Position numbers and translations under genes: made by a program. Below are positions 1-13,410 of a DNA stretch of 64,000 bases, one piece after another. The notes beneath the pieces were generated by a model that made no database searches, was not told the origin of the DNA, and saw only the letters and a program-made list of their open reading frames with translations. Origin of the DNA: Takakia lepidozioides (lineage: Eukaryota > Plantae > Bryophyta); NCBI GenBank assembly GCA_030704615.1, contig CM060731.1:79050001-79114000 (forward strand), in the 5' to 3' direction. Position 1 is the stretch's first letter; each line of letters opens with the position of its first letter.

Positions 1-1929
1 GAAACACCGCAGCAAGTGAGAACCTCACCGAGCCGATAAACTTGGAGTTGTTACGAAGGCGAGCGTGTTTGCGACGCTTCGCGGCTCAGCGCGACTCTCC
101 ACACCTCGGGAAGAACGGTCGTCTTTTGTTACGGTGATGGAAACGCAAAGAGGAAAACAAAACAGTGCAAAACTGTGCGAAGAAACAGGCGCGAAGAGAA
201 TGGAGAAAATAGAAGTAGAAGGGGGAAAGCGGGCATGGCACTGCCAACGTGGCGCGATTTCACAGGCGCCAACTATCCGCCGTCATCGCATTGAATACGT
301 CCACCGAACGAACGCATCGTACTAAATTCATCCACGCTCATCGCAAGTGCAGCAAACTCATTTCCCATCGGGCCGAGAGTCCACCGGACCGCCAGTCCAG
401 CGGACTATTCGCTTTGCTGAGGCGAAGCGGCTTCATATTGGAGGCACTTCCCTGCCAGCGGAATGAAGACAAAAGAGAGTAAGGGGAGAACAGGAAAGTC
501 GAACACACCCATTGCGAACAGACTCGCGGCACAACAGACTGATGCATGCACAGTCCAACAGACTTATATCCATAGAGGAGAACTGTCCAGCAGACGGACG
601 TTTCGCCAGACTGGCGGGAGAACAAGCCAAAAGACTGACCGGAGGGAAAATAAGAAGTCAAATTGACTTAGTGCAACAGACTTCCGACACAACAGACTGA
701 CAAATTCACAAGTGCAACAGACTGATATCCCAACAGACGGACTTCCAGCAGACCGCCTCCAAACTGATTGTTATGCACGCGATAAGGGGAATATCCGGAG
801 CACTGACGGGCCAGCGGACCCACTGTGAACAAACTCGCGACACAACGGACCTCAAACATCCACGCGCATTTGCAGATGCAATTGTCTCAGACATCTCCCG
901 TCGTGGCTCAGACATCTACATTCAGCAGGTGCGTGTGGATGTTTGAGGACCTTACGACTGGATGGTGTTCCGTGACGACTCGAATTGCTTTTTTGTGCTG
1001 CCATCTCTTATATAATACCATGTGGATCCATCACAAAGCTGGGTTTCTTAAAATTCTCCACCCTTTTCCACAACTTATGCACGACGGATGCAAGCCGCTA
1101 TACTTGGTCACATAAACAGTCCCATCGTCCGATACGAAATCTGCAATACACGCCCCCATGTGCATACGCTTCCACCATTTTCGCGCCCATGTTATCCATG
1201 GGTTCCTTTAACGAACTAAACTTGTGAAGGCTCTCATGAGGGATGCAGTACGAAGGGGCTAAACGTATCATGACGGATCACAAGCAGAGGACGTTATCGA
1301 CGACAGATGTCCGCATTTTCCATATTTATGACATAGAACCAAACCATAAAACGAATGTTCCCGAAAGCACAACAAGAAGGCAAAAATAGTGGAAGCATAT
1401 GCATGATGGTGGTTGTAGTGCCGAGACAATCCTCTCATGTTCAAGCACACGCTTCATCATCATCATGAACATCGCGCGCAAAAGAGGAACAGTCGCGTGC
1501 ATGGAAACGCCTACCGCAACATCGGACAACAAACAGCCGTCAAAAGAGAGCGGTCGGGATTTGGTGGGAAGATCATTGCCATTTTCGCAGCCCTAAAAAT
1601 GGAGGGCTCGGATGGGTTATGGGAATGGACGGTGGCGATCCTGCACCGTCAGCGGACTGGCGGGCAGACTGGCGGACTGGCAGACTGCTGGGCAGCCGAC
1701 TGACCAGCAGCGGATTGGCAGACTGGAGGGCAGTGGACTCGTGGGCGGGGGACTGGCCGCGCGGCAGACGGGGGCACGCGGCGCGGTTGCTGCAGCCGCG
1801 CCCGCGGCTGGGCGACCGCGCGCAGCGGCGGGCGGGGTGGGCGGGGTGCTGGGGAGCCGGGCGTCCGTGCGCGGGGCCCACCGGCCACATCGCACGTGCC
1901 CATTGAAGACCCTATTATCTTAAAATGAG

Positions 1930-2455
1930 AGGCATTGCGATGCACCGACATCTTGAATAAACCTTCATGAGTTAGTATCTATGTAAAAAAGAGTCCTAAG
2001 GGATATAAAAAAAATCAACTACTACAATAAATGTATCAACTTTGGTCATTACATTTATGAATCACATACACTATTTATTGTTATGTATTGACAAAATTTG
2101 TAGGTTGTCACTATTTATTACAATTAAAACAAAATTTTGTTCTCAATAAACGTTCATAGAGCTATTGCAATGCACCGATATCTATTTTTGAATAAACCTT
2201 CATGAGTTAGTATCTATGTAAAAAAGAGTCCTAAGGGATATAAAAAAAATCAACTACTACAATAAATGTATCAACTTTGGTCATTACATTTATGAATCAC
2301 ATGCACTATTTATTATTATGTACCGACAAAATTTGTAAGTTGTCACCATTTATTACAATTAAAAAAAAATTGTTCTCGATAAACGTTCATACAGCTATGC
2401 ACCGACATCTATTTTTGAATAAACCTTCATGAGTTAGTACCTATGTAAAAAGTTT
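1930..2455. repeat. AT-rich tandem repeat, ~230-bp unit, about 2.3 copies
   Basis: The block 'tgcaccga...ttgaataaaccttcatgagttagta(t/c)ctatgtaaaaa' recurs at ~1941, ~2171 and ~2398. Confidence 0.9.
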
Positions 2456-2979
2456 ATGGGATAAAGTTAATAAATAGCAACTTTTCATACTATTTTCATC
2501 CAATTAGGGAATTTTTCATTCATTCTTTGCTTACTATACCTCATTTGTTTTCCCTATAAGTATGGAGAAGGAAGATCATTTTCTTCTCTTTCTTTCGCGA
2601 GTTCCTTACATACAAGAGGACCGTCTCTCAGTCCTGCTCCTTTACCTTCGTTTGTGTTTCTTCTTTGTTTCTGGTGTACGTTTATGTTTCCTTGTTCTTT
2701 CGGTTCTTTGGCAAAATAGAGCTGTTGCTTAGTTCTTCTCATTAGCTTTCTTTTGTTCTTATTCTTTACTTTGGTTCTCTATTTGAGTTTCTTTCTGATC
2801 TTTATTGTTCTAAGTAAGTTTTCCAGCAAAATAGATTTTTTTAATTTTTTTTTAATTTTTTTTTTCTCGTTCTGTTGTTCGTTCCTTCAATTTCTGTCTA
2901 TCGGTTTTTTCGTTCTTTTTCATTTCAATTTTTTTTTTCATCTGTTTCTTTCTTTGTTTTTTTTCTCTACGATACAGAT

Positions 2980-3698
2980 ATGGCCAGTTCTTCAAAACGG
3001 GTATGAATATTGCTATTTGTTTTGTATTCAGTGGTTGTATATTTTATAAGTACTTGTATGTTTTATTTATTTAATCCACTATATATTTACTTACACGTCT
3101 TTCTTTCTGTGTTTTTCGCAGACCAACGTTGTAAACTATTCCGACATCTTTGAGGATTTGTTGGAAGAAGCAAAAGCAGAAGCCAACGGAGTTGTTGAAG
3201 GACCTGTCCGAAATCCTGTACTTGGAAAAACAGATCATCATTTGTCACAGTCTTAGACATGGCTTGCAGATAATTGTGGTTTGCATCCTCTCAATTTTTT
3301 TGCAGGATTTGAATCTGGCCGCGCTATTAAGGAGTTTGTTGATGGTGGATTCACTTTTCGAGAAGAATTCCGAAAGAAGTTTGGAGATGAACCTGTTACA
3401 GGTATAACATATTCATAAAACTTGTTTACTTATATATTTGTTGATTCATTTATTTATTAAATACGTGATCTTGAACTAAAAACATGCGACTGTTTTATTT
3501 TGTAGGTTCAACAAAGTACTTTCTTCACAGCGTGAGACTTTCGACGAAAAAACACTCACAAAAAAGGACGGCATGAATTTATTGAATAGTCACATCAAAG
3601 GAATCATAGTGTACCAAATGAGGGGGCTTCACTTTGATTTTGGCATCGATATTTTTCACATGAAAAATCTGACATACAACGATGTTGATAGTTTATGA
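2980..3698 (+). pseudogene. Small three-exon pseudogene of unknown function in an AT-rich island
   Basis: ATG at 2980 (MASSSKR), GT 3001 to AG 3121, then in-frame exon 3122-3401 (TNVVNYSDIFEDLLEEAKAE...FREEFRKKFGDEPVT) with one TAG at 3254. GT 3402 to AG 3505 precedes a last exon whose longest frame (FNKVLSSQRETFDEK...DVDSL*) is one base out of phase. Confidence 0.45.
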
Positions 3699-3940
3699 CA
3701 CTATTATCATGCCACTTGAATGTAACATCATTTCAACAAAATATATCACAAGAATGATATCAATATAGTATATATAGCTTAAATATTTTTCCAAAATGAT
3801 CAGGCACACTATCTCATATTTTTAATATATCATCAAAGTTTATGACACTATTATCATGTCACTTGAATGTAACATCATTTCAACAAATATATCAAAATAT
3901 TCAAGCATGATATCAATATAATATGTGTATCTTAAATATT
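3692..3940. repeat. Local ~147-bp tandem duplication
   Basis: 'tttatgacactattatcatg(c/t)cacttgaatgtaacatcatttcaacaaa' at ~3692 and ~3839. Confidence 0.85.
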
Positions 3941-5384
3941 ATAAATATTTAATTATAATGAAAAATATAGATAAAAATTAAATTATTAATAAATTTAATA
4001 TAATATTATTAATAACTTATAATAATAATAATAACTAAATATAAATTAAGAACTACCTATAATCTATGAATGTCACCACATAAATCAAGTATCATTCTAT
4101 CCATCATCGATCAATCATTTGTTTCTATCTATTATCATAAATCCCATTCCTAGTTACACTCATATTTCATTTTTACTGTTATTTTTACATATCATATTAT
4201 CATATCCTTTCAACCTCAGATTCATCATTCTAATTTACATTTAATCAATCAAATTATTTATCATATTACATCTTCAAATTTTCAAATATATCAAATATAA
4301 TATTTATAATAACAAAATTAGTTTAACAATTAATAATAATAATAATAATATGTTTTTATATTTTAAATAGAAATCAATATATAATATGTAATATATAATA
4401 CTATATTATATCATGTTTTCAACCTGCGACTTCATCATTTCAATAAGTTCAAAATTCATTCAATCAAATTGTTTATCATACTACATTTCAAAAACTCCAA
4501 TTTATTTAACTTTTATGGTTAATTTTAAAGGCCTTTCGGCCATAATTTTGTATGCTATAATGGATAGCTATAAGGGTTCGAATCCTTGTACAAAAATAAA
4601 GTTATTGTGAATGTTGCGACAAGGAAGATTGCAAAGATGTCTTGGCACGGGGTCAATGACCACAAGGCTACGGCAAACCACATCTTATGAATACATTCTT
4701 TACACAACATACCTGCCAGATTGAAGATCTATAAGTTCATGGCCTCCCTTCACCAAAGACATAGATGGAAATGCAAATGCATACAGAAGACTAAGGGTGG
4801 CAATCTGAACACATCTTCCAAGGTGTGCCAGTGGCCCTTCCACTGTTAGTTCCTGGTTCATATGTTTTCCCAAAGTAAATGACACTTAGCACTCTTAAGA
4901 CTCTTGCGAACTCAAGTTTTTGGAAGAAAAGAAACTTTGAACCCTCTCCATTACCCTACTTCACAAGCAGAGTGAACAACAAGTTGGGGAAGGCTAATAG
5001 TTGGTAGCCAATGTGTTTTACAATGACAACGGTACAAAAATACAAGCAAGAAATGAACCAGCATTTGAACTTGATACTTCCAAGCCAACGTGACGACCTC
5101 ACCTGCTGTGGCAACACCCTCCGCTACTTGACTCATGGAGGACAAAATGTCTTCAAGTTTTTTACTTGACCCCAGTTTGACTCCCCAGAGATCTATTCCT
5201 TGACAGTGTCACAAAATAACTAAGCATAATGTCCCCAGTCGAGAAAGGCTTGCCAGATTTTGCACCCATCTTTTCTGCCAGCCATATGATATGTGAGTAG
5301 CCCTGAGCAACAAGAGCCGCCATGCAATTGTTCCCAAGCTTCATTTTTCATCTTGGTCATGGTGGCTGAGGCGTATGGCACCAT

Positions 5385-5625
5385 TTCAGATTTAACTCTT
5401 TTTTTCCCATTCAATAATTCAACTATTAACAATATGGTTATTGACTAAAAATATGACCTTTTGGCTAAAATACATTAGGGTTTAGCCAGACCTTGTCGAC
5501 AATACCCTTTCAGATTTAACTTTTTTTTTTTTCCTTCAATAATTCAACTATTAACAATATGGTTATTGGCTAAAAGTATGACATTTTGGCTAAAATACAT
5601 TAGGGTTTAGCCAGACCTTGTCGAC
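5385..5625. repeat. ~125-bp tandem duplication; the following ~58 bp recurs at ~6510-6568
   Basis: 'ttcagatttaact...tagggtttagccagaccttgtcgac' occurs twice; 'gtcgac(t/g)tggccttctgtcttgct..gaaacaaaaacttggcactagct' occurs at 5620 and 6510. Confidence 0.85.
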
Positions 5626-5795
5626 TTGGCCTTCTGTCTTGCTGAGAAACAAAAACTTGGCACTAGCTAGCATCCTAATTAGGATGATTTCCCAGCTGTT
5701 GCTGACCCCCTCCTAAATACTTTAAAATCCCTATAGGCTGCAGCTGAGTTCTATCAAGCTAAATACTTTTCATCCTACCACTGGTATTTCTTTTT

Positions 5796-5973
5796 GGGCT
5801 TGCACCGTTCTCGGGTTTACTACTCCCTATATATACTTTTGGGCCTGTCCGCGGGGGTTCCACAAACAACCATGCCATTTTATGGCAAACGACCACGAAG
5901 ATCCTCGATTCCCGGTGATGAGTCGTCGTGTGTCTTGGCCCACCCACCACGGCCCCATTGGACAGTGATGAGT
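5796..5973. mobile_element. Internal fragment of the family-A chromovirus LTR
   Basis: Aligns by eye with the LTR segment 'gggcttgcaccgttctcggg...tgatgagt' at ~20910-21087 and ~53164-53341. Confidence 0.85.
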
Positions 5974-6599
5974 GAGGTTTTTCCATTTCACCATTGATAC
6001 ACCCTAAAGCATGTTGTTGCCATCTGCTCATTAGACAATGTCAACCACTGTTAGCATGACATGCAATATGGGTCTGTGGTATTCTCTTCACCTTTGTAAG
6101 TGCACTGCACGAATAACATATACCAAATAACTTCTAGGCAAACTGCCAACAACCTCTCACATTCTTAATACCAATTTGGAAGGAATTCTCACCGGAATCT
6201 GAAGTTCAACTGCACTTCCTCCTGCAAAGGCATTCTTAGGTGAGTTTATGGGCCGGCTGCCAGGTCAGTTGGGCGTCGTTGGGGACCTCCCAGGCACAAC
6301 ATTTGGGGCCAGCTTGAGGCAAGCCTCTCTTTGAGAGCAGCCTGGTTTCTCCACTTGATGTGTTGTCAACCTCAACCAACTCAAGAGGGTTCAAAATACA
6401 AGCTTGTTCAAATGAGATTCAAATTTAGGGCTAGCTTGCTAACTGGTCGCAGTTCATCCTCTCATATGATATTATTGGAGCAGCTCTAACAGGGGTTTAT
6501 CCAAAACCTGTCGACGTGGCCTTCTGTCTTGCTCAGAAACAAAAACTTGGCACTAGCTGGCATCCTAAGAACCAGAGACGAGAGAGTACCAATGTCTAA

Positions 6600-9171
6600 A
6601 CATGCAGAAACTAACAAGAGCATCTACACCTAACAGACCAAGCATTGAAAAACCAGCCAAGCTCTACTTCTTCCTACGCAAAGGCTCAAAATTAAAATGA
6701 GCCTTGATCTTAGAATTTCTGTTCTTGCGATGTTTCTAGTTGATGTCTTCATCTCCATCGAGAGGGGAGGGCCACGCAGAGGGCAAGTCAGCAACAGTGG
6801 GAGAAGGGAGGCTTGAAGATGCAAGTATCCCCTGTCCTCCGCCAGATGATGTCCCTTGAAGCCCACGTGGTGTCGAAAATGTGAAAAAATTGTCTTGGTT
6901 TCTTCTCAGAACATCTGCATAAAGCTTTCTCCAACACATCCCAAGCCTTCCTACCCTCTATCAACAGGTCAAAGAAGATCTTCTGCAGGACAGATGCAAT
7001 AGAGGGAAATGAAGCATTGTACCAGTTAGCACACCTACATTTCCAGATGTGCTAAGGGTGAGAGCTCTAAGGGCTGACCACCTGACAGGTCTTCCAAATT
7101 TTCCCAAGTTCAACAAGTGCAACACAGTGCTGGTCGGATTGACCACAAACCAGGAAGAGTAGAAAGATCTAATGAAAGACCAAACCTGAGAGGCAAAGAT
7201 ACAATCACAAAGGCAGTGCTCAATAGTCTCCTCACAGCCAAGACTGCACATCTTGCAAATCGAGGGAGAGTCAGAGAGGAAAGCCCCGACAGGAAGAATC
7301 CTATGCACGAGCTTCCAGAGAAAGCCTGATAATTTGGCCGACCTTGTTTTGGCCAACCGTCTTTCCAAATTGCTTTCCAATCAGTGTGAGCCGGAAGGGA
7401 GGAACCCCATTTCAAGAGCCACTTCCGAGTGAAAGGAGCTGAAGGGCAGAGCAGGGAATATCCCAGCTTGGTGAGTAGGCAAAGAAGGGCTCCTTCTTTT
7501 TAGAAATCCAACACCACTCTTCGGGGTCGAAAGGGAGGTCTCGCAAAGGGGAAACTGCGAACCACAATCGATCAACCGAACGGATCCAGTGATGAAGATC
7601 CACCAGCGAGGGAGAGGGGTCTGTCGCCCCTGAGATCAAATCAATGACGCGGACTTGGAAAAGAAGGTCACGAGAGATTTCCAAGAGATGGCCTTGGGTG
7701 TAAAGCTTACCATTAAGGGCAGTAAGAGATATGCCAAAGAAGCCAGACTGAGTAGCATGAAGGCTAAAAAAAGCATGACAAAGGTCAGGCTGCGAGCAGC
7801 CTCTCCAACCTGAAGCCTTCAACGAAGGACCAGCAGCAAGCCCAGGGAGAGGAGATGGCTTCCAGCACCAGGGGGGAACTCCTTCTCGCCCTCTGGCTCC
7901 CCACCCTGTTAGCAATATCCCTGACAGAGATAAGGTTGTAAGCAGGAAAGAAATCTGAAATTTTGGCCAAACCTGCCATTTCCCCATAGGCCCATCGTTT
8001 GGAACATTCAACGAGGGTTCCAATGTCCATGTTGAAGTTGCCGAATTTTTTTGCCTGAGGATCTCGTCTGTAGAGCTAGGAGAGAATTGAGCGAGGTTGG
8101 GGCGAATGGAATGCCACGCCTTCCAAATGGGCAGACCAGGCTTATGAGCCGTGGGGTGAGAAAGAGTTACATTTGCCACCCTACATGAGCCAGCGAAGGG
8201 AAGGGGACCAAGGAGGGGAAGTGGATGGGCAGGAAAGAGAGAGAGAGTGTGTCTGAGAAGGCGGGACCAGGGGGCAGAAGAGACCAGAGACCTAGGCACC
8301 CACTTAGAAAGAAGAGCCTTGACCTGAGACTCAAAATCAAGGACTCCCAAACCTCCGTGCTCTTTCTTCATGCAGAGCTGCTTCCAAGAGACGAGAGAAC
8401 GGCGAGAGGTGCCAGGGGATGGCGCACCCCAAATGAAGTTTCTAATGATCTCGAGCCTTAATCTTCTTGGCGAGTTGAAGCCCACGGAGCCAATAAACCA
8501 GATAGAGGCCAAAAGGACTTGATTGGCGATAAGCACGCCAGCGATGGTGAGACAGGCGGAGCTCCCTCTGATCTTTGATAAAGTGGGATCATACCGATGC
8601 TGTTGAGAAAGGCCGTGGCCAATTTTATGCCCGAGCAAGAGGTGAGAGTCATCATCCTGCAGCCAAGTAAATCCTTATCCAGTCCCCAATCTGGAATATG
8701 AGGCAGAGCAGGGACTCTGTTCCTGGAAAGCAAACCCAGAGTCTTCCGCCAATTCACCAAGAACCCAGAAGCAAGGCAGAAGACCCCCAAGGCATTGAAG
8801 GTGTCCTGGATATTTTCTGGTTCCGAGTTCTTCATGTAAAGGACGGTGTCGTCAGCATACATTGAGGACTTAAGATGAAGGTCATTATCAGGCCCGAGAT
8901 GAATCCCCAAAACCCTAGGGTCCGCATCCAATAGATGGCCCAATCCATCTGCAGCAAGGACAAAAAGGAAGGGTGACAGAGGGCAACCATGCCTCACTGA
9001 ACGCTGAAGAGGAAACGACTTAGATAGCAAGCCGCTAACCACCACCCTACTTGAACCAAAGTGGAGAAGAACTTTGATCCAAGAAAGGAAAGAGGGCCCA
9101 AACCCCAACTTTGATAAGACTGCAAAAAGGTAATCCCAACCAATTTTGTAGAACGCCTTTTAAAAGTCTAG
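6600..9171 (-). mobile_element. Degraded L1-type LINE ORF2 (RT plus zf-RVT), cut at its 5' side by the PHD-Gypsy end at 9172
   Basis: LDF*KAF, SVRHGCPLSPFLF and MYADD RT motifs (8458-9170); NFIWG...VSWKQLCMKKEHGGLGV (7412-8638); CKMC..EETIEHCLCDC..ASQVW zf-RVT (6961-7380). The 3' boundary is approximate. Confidence 0.9.
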
Positions 9172-11528
9172 TGTCGTGTATCTAAGCATCGTGCCACAAC
9201 ATACATCGCTATCCACGTCCACACATTCTAAGCACACAATCCTAGAAACCTATGCCACAATTAGTAATAAGAGATGAGAAATGAGAGAAGTGGAAGACAG
9301 TGAAAGTCTCAAAGCATGAAACAATCACACTAAGAACAACCCATAGTCCTTCCAAGTGAAATCCACTCTATCACATAAACTAAGTCAAGCCAATGGCACC
9401 TTTGCTAAGGAAATCCACCCTACAAAGCCCTCAACACACACTCTCTCAATACCTAGAGCTATGGAGATGAGGGAGGATCAACTACAAGAAGATGAACCCT
9501 CCTCAACACTCACAAGGAGAAAATCGCTCCCCATGTTCCAAGTAAGGCTTGACACCTCACTTGACATATGAGACCAAATGAAGTCCCAACACACCAAATT
9601 ACAATATAAATATCCAAAATGTCATAATTAACTAGAAGTAGGTAATTCTAGTTAACCATGACTAAACCCATGACAGCTGTCGTGCACCTAAGCATCGTGC
9701 CACAACATACATCACTGTCCACCACACATTCTAAGCACATAATTCTAGAAAGCTATGCCACAATCGCCCCCCCTAACTGGTGATTAGGTCCATCTAACAC
9801 CGGATAGCTGACAAGTATCCATCTCAATAAGATCATCGTTTGGTCTTCAATCGCCCAAGTCCCAGTATCTGAAGTCAAATATCAAGAGGCCGGGTGCAAA
9901 AGTAGCCCCATCGTTAGTTGCCTTCCTACAATCCATTGTCTTCAATTGAGTATCAATGGCATTGAACTCTCGCTAGCTAGACCTTAGATCACTAGTCGAC
10001 CGCATCGTTGTCATGCCCATTACCTCTGTCCGAGGCATCATGGACACAACCATTTTCCATTAGGAACCTCCTCAAGTGGCGGTGTTAAACATCTCATGTG
10101 CCACCCCCTTGAGCATTTGTCACACACCAACATGGTTGCGGCACCACCAGCATGTCCACATAACATGCAAAACAACCTTGCAGGTACCACTGCAAGGTTG
10201 AGACATATCCTTTCATCCACATGTGGAAGGTGACATGGCACACAATTGCGCACATGGTCCTTCCATACCATGTCATCTCGACCCTCCAGAATCAACACTC
10301 ATGAAGGCAACACCTCTCGTACTTGTAGAATCACACGTTCTGCTGTAACATCCAAGGTCGTTGGTGTTGTCTGTTGCAGATACACATAGTCCCCAGGATG
10401 GAAACGCCGAACCCCTGGACGATATCTCCTTCCACGAATAGTGACATACCTCAATATGTCTCGGTGTTGGGCAATAACAAGGTTCTCAAAAGCCATAGGC
10501 GTGACTCTCTTGAATAACTCTGTCCGCTAGTCACATGTCTGTGTCCATACATCCGGATCATCAAGGGTGAGGACTACTGCAACCTCCCTGCGAATAGATG
10601 CAGGCAAATCTGGCTCTAGGCCGAAGAGAAGAAAGTAAGGTGACAAGGAGGCAAGTGACGTTTGTTTGCTAAACCTATAGCAACCAAGGCAGCTGAAGGT
10701 CCCAATCTCCCACGTGTTCCTTCTGCAAACCGTACTTGCGCAAGCCCCTCTTGAATGTCTGAACAAATCTCTCCGCCAAGCCATCAGCCTCGGGATGGTC
10801 CCGAGAAGTAGTGCGGTGATCTATCAAGGCTTGCTCACACAAAGCCTGAAACTCCCCCAAGAACTTTCTCCCCTAGTCCGTGAGTACCTCGGCTGGAGCA
10901 CCAAATTGGCTAAGAACTCGATCTAAGAATGCATACGCAACCCCCTCACTAGCCTTGTCAGGCAATGCCACCAGTTCAATCCACTTGGAGAAGTGTTCCA
11001 CCATCACCAGCACATACTTGTTATGACAAATCGTTAGTGGCAATGGGCCTGCGAAATCAAGACTCCAACGATAGCCCAAACCCATAATGGGTAAAGTATG
11101 CAATTTTTTAGTAGGGGCGTTGAAAGAAGCCCGCACTCTATCACATACCATGCACCTTGTCACTAACTGTTGCACATCCATGTGCATGCCCCGCCACCAA
11201 TACTGCCCTTGTAGCAAACTATGAGTGCATCGCACCCCAAAATGTCCCAACTCCTCATGGGCATGGCATACCAATCGTGCTCGTTGTGTTAGATGAGGCA
11301 CAATCCTCACTCGTCCATCCTCCCATACTCGGAGTAGGTGAGTCCCCTACCGCTTGAACCTCTTGGCTCGTTGTAGGATCCGATCTCTCTCCTTAGCAGT
11401 CACACTGGCTACTGTCTCTCCGGTACGAAGGTAGGCCAACATTGCTGCATCTTTATGCACATCCTTAGCACCACCAAGCTCATCACTAATCTCCGGATTG
11501 TCATGCACACCATCTACATGACCAATCC
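9172..11528 (-). mobile_element. Truncated Ty3/Gypsy element with integrase and PHD finger and an A-B-A split-repeat 3' end (family B, copy 1)
   Basis: Integrase motifs HEELGHFG..CMVC, WSLDFAGP, VLTD, ADGLAER (10299-11310); PHD CMLC..CDKC..WHMRC..WLCP (10038-10298); polypurine tract at 9767-9774; A 9172-9259, B 9265-9675, A 9678-9762. Confidence 0.9.
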
Positions 11529-13410
11529 TAGCCCAGAAGAACTTATCATGAATAAATATCAGAAGTTACCATGTTATCGAAAGTTATCATGATTTATCAT
11601 GATCTATCTTGAACCATTAATTATCAAGTTATCGGGAGTTTATCAAATTACTGAGAGTAACTTGGGAAACTGCTAAGGAAGCTTTCTTTAGAGGAAACTT
11701 CTCCATCAAGAAACCTCCATTGGGGAAACTTCTTAGGGAACTTCTTAGTAGCTAGTATATATAGGAGGCGAGACTGGACACTCCTCAGTCTCGCCAACAC
11801 AAGTTCAAGCTACTCTTGTTCCCAGTCCCAGTACCCAGTTCATCTTCCAGTACTCTAGCCCAATTTCCAGTATCTGGCACTCTAGTCCAGTTTCCAGCAT
11901 TATATTATTCAAGTCGAGTTCCAGTATCTTGTACTCTTGTCCCTTGTTATAAAGATCATCTTGATTCATGTTTACCCATCATGCATTCGGCCACGACGAC
12001 CTTGACTTCTTGACTAGTCTTGTACCTCTAGTCTGATCTCATGTTTGTGTTCAGTTATGTTCTTGTCCTTGACAGTTTGACGAGACTAAAGTTTATTCCT
12101 TAGTTAAGATGGAAGGTACATTTGCGGAAATGGTCATCACCTTGCAAAGTCTTCAGCTCTAGATGCAAGAACTTCGTACCTTTACCGCCCAATTACGAAG
12201 CTGATCAGTCTCAAGATCTTGGCAACGCTCTCCACAATTTGCAACAGCAAATTTCAGAGTTAAAGGAGTCGAACAATGGATCTTCAACCATACGAGTCCC
12301 TACTGCAACAGCTCCTACTGTAATGGTTCCAAGTTCAACAGATTACGAGAGAACCAAAGATCAGCATGCCCGAGAAATTTGATGGGACGAGATTAAGATT
12401 TCGCAGTTTTATTCAACAAGTACGATTGTTCCTACGACTACATCCACAATGCTACCCCGATGAAGGTATTCAAGTGGGATTCGTGGGCACCCTTCTATCA
12501 GGCACTGCCCTATCTTGGTTTGCCTATTAGAAAAAAATTCGCATTTACTATACAATTTTGAAGCGTTCATGTCCGAGTTCACTGCAACGTTTGGAGAGAA
12601 TGATAGAGAGAAAGTTGCAGAGACGAAGATGCAAAATCTTCGACAATGAGCACGTCCTGCTTCCGTTTATGCTGCCGAATTTCGACAACTTGCGTGCGAC
12701 CTCGACTAGAATGAGAAGAGCATCATTAGTCAGTTTCGATCTGGGCTAAAAGATGATGTAAAAGATTTGTTGCTGACAATGTCAAACGTGAGTACACTGA
12801 GCAAATTCATCACCCAAGTCATTGCATGCGATAATCGTTTGTTCAAAAGACGTCAAGAGAAGCGATCTGGATGGTCAACGACGCATCATGCCGCTGCTAC
12901 TACGGCACCAAACACAACGATCCATCAAACATCCGGTAGTGATCATATGCAGATTGATGTTGTCCGATTCAAGCCATTGACGCCTCAAGAAAAATAAATA
13001 TGGCATTCGAATGGATTATACTTCTATTGCGGAGACGAAGATCACATAGCATCAAACTGTCCCAACAAGAGACGATTCAAAGCTCTGGGCACAACTCAAG
13101 TGTTCGATACGAGGAGGTCGGAAAACGAAGATGTCCAATCACAGGAGGGACCATGCGGCTGGACACCACAAATTCCTCACAGAAAAAAAGTCTCTTTCTA
13201 CCTCCAGACCCTGCACCTTGCTTCACAGTTCCGGTAAAAATCAGATTGTTAAATCGAGATATCTCCGTAGAAGCACTTTTGGACTAAGGGGCTTCAGCAT
13301 GTTTATTGACAAAAACTTTGCAAAGCAACACAATTTAACGCTCATAAAGAAGAAACCCTCGGCCCCCATTGAATTCATCGATGGACGACCTTTAGCATCA
13401 GGAAATGATG
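11529..13410 (+). mobile_element. 5' part of a Tf1/Tcn1-like chromovirus (family C): 5' LTR 11529-12074 lacking its first ~11 bp, degraded gag and protease
   Basis: LTR matches 46713-47364 and 60230-60859. Gag motifs (PEKFDG-like, MQID, C.YCG..DH...NCP) and protease ALLD*GASACFID; sequence stops before RT. Confidence 0.85.

Noticed and set aside
1-1900. Many short overlapping ORFs in the GC-rich start of the window
   Set aside because: No recognisable domains; low-complexity 'cagact/ggact' repeats explain the open frames.
4620-5385. Possible JMJD5/JMJ30-like pseudogene (EAWEQLHGG on the minus strand)
   Set aside because: Only one short motif is recognisable and no JmjC core is seen; needs a translated search.
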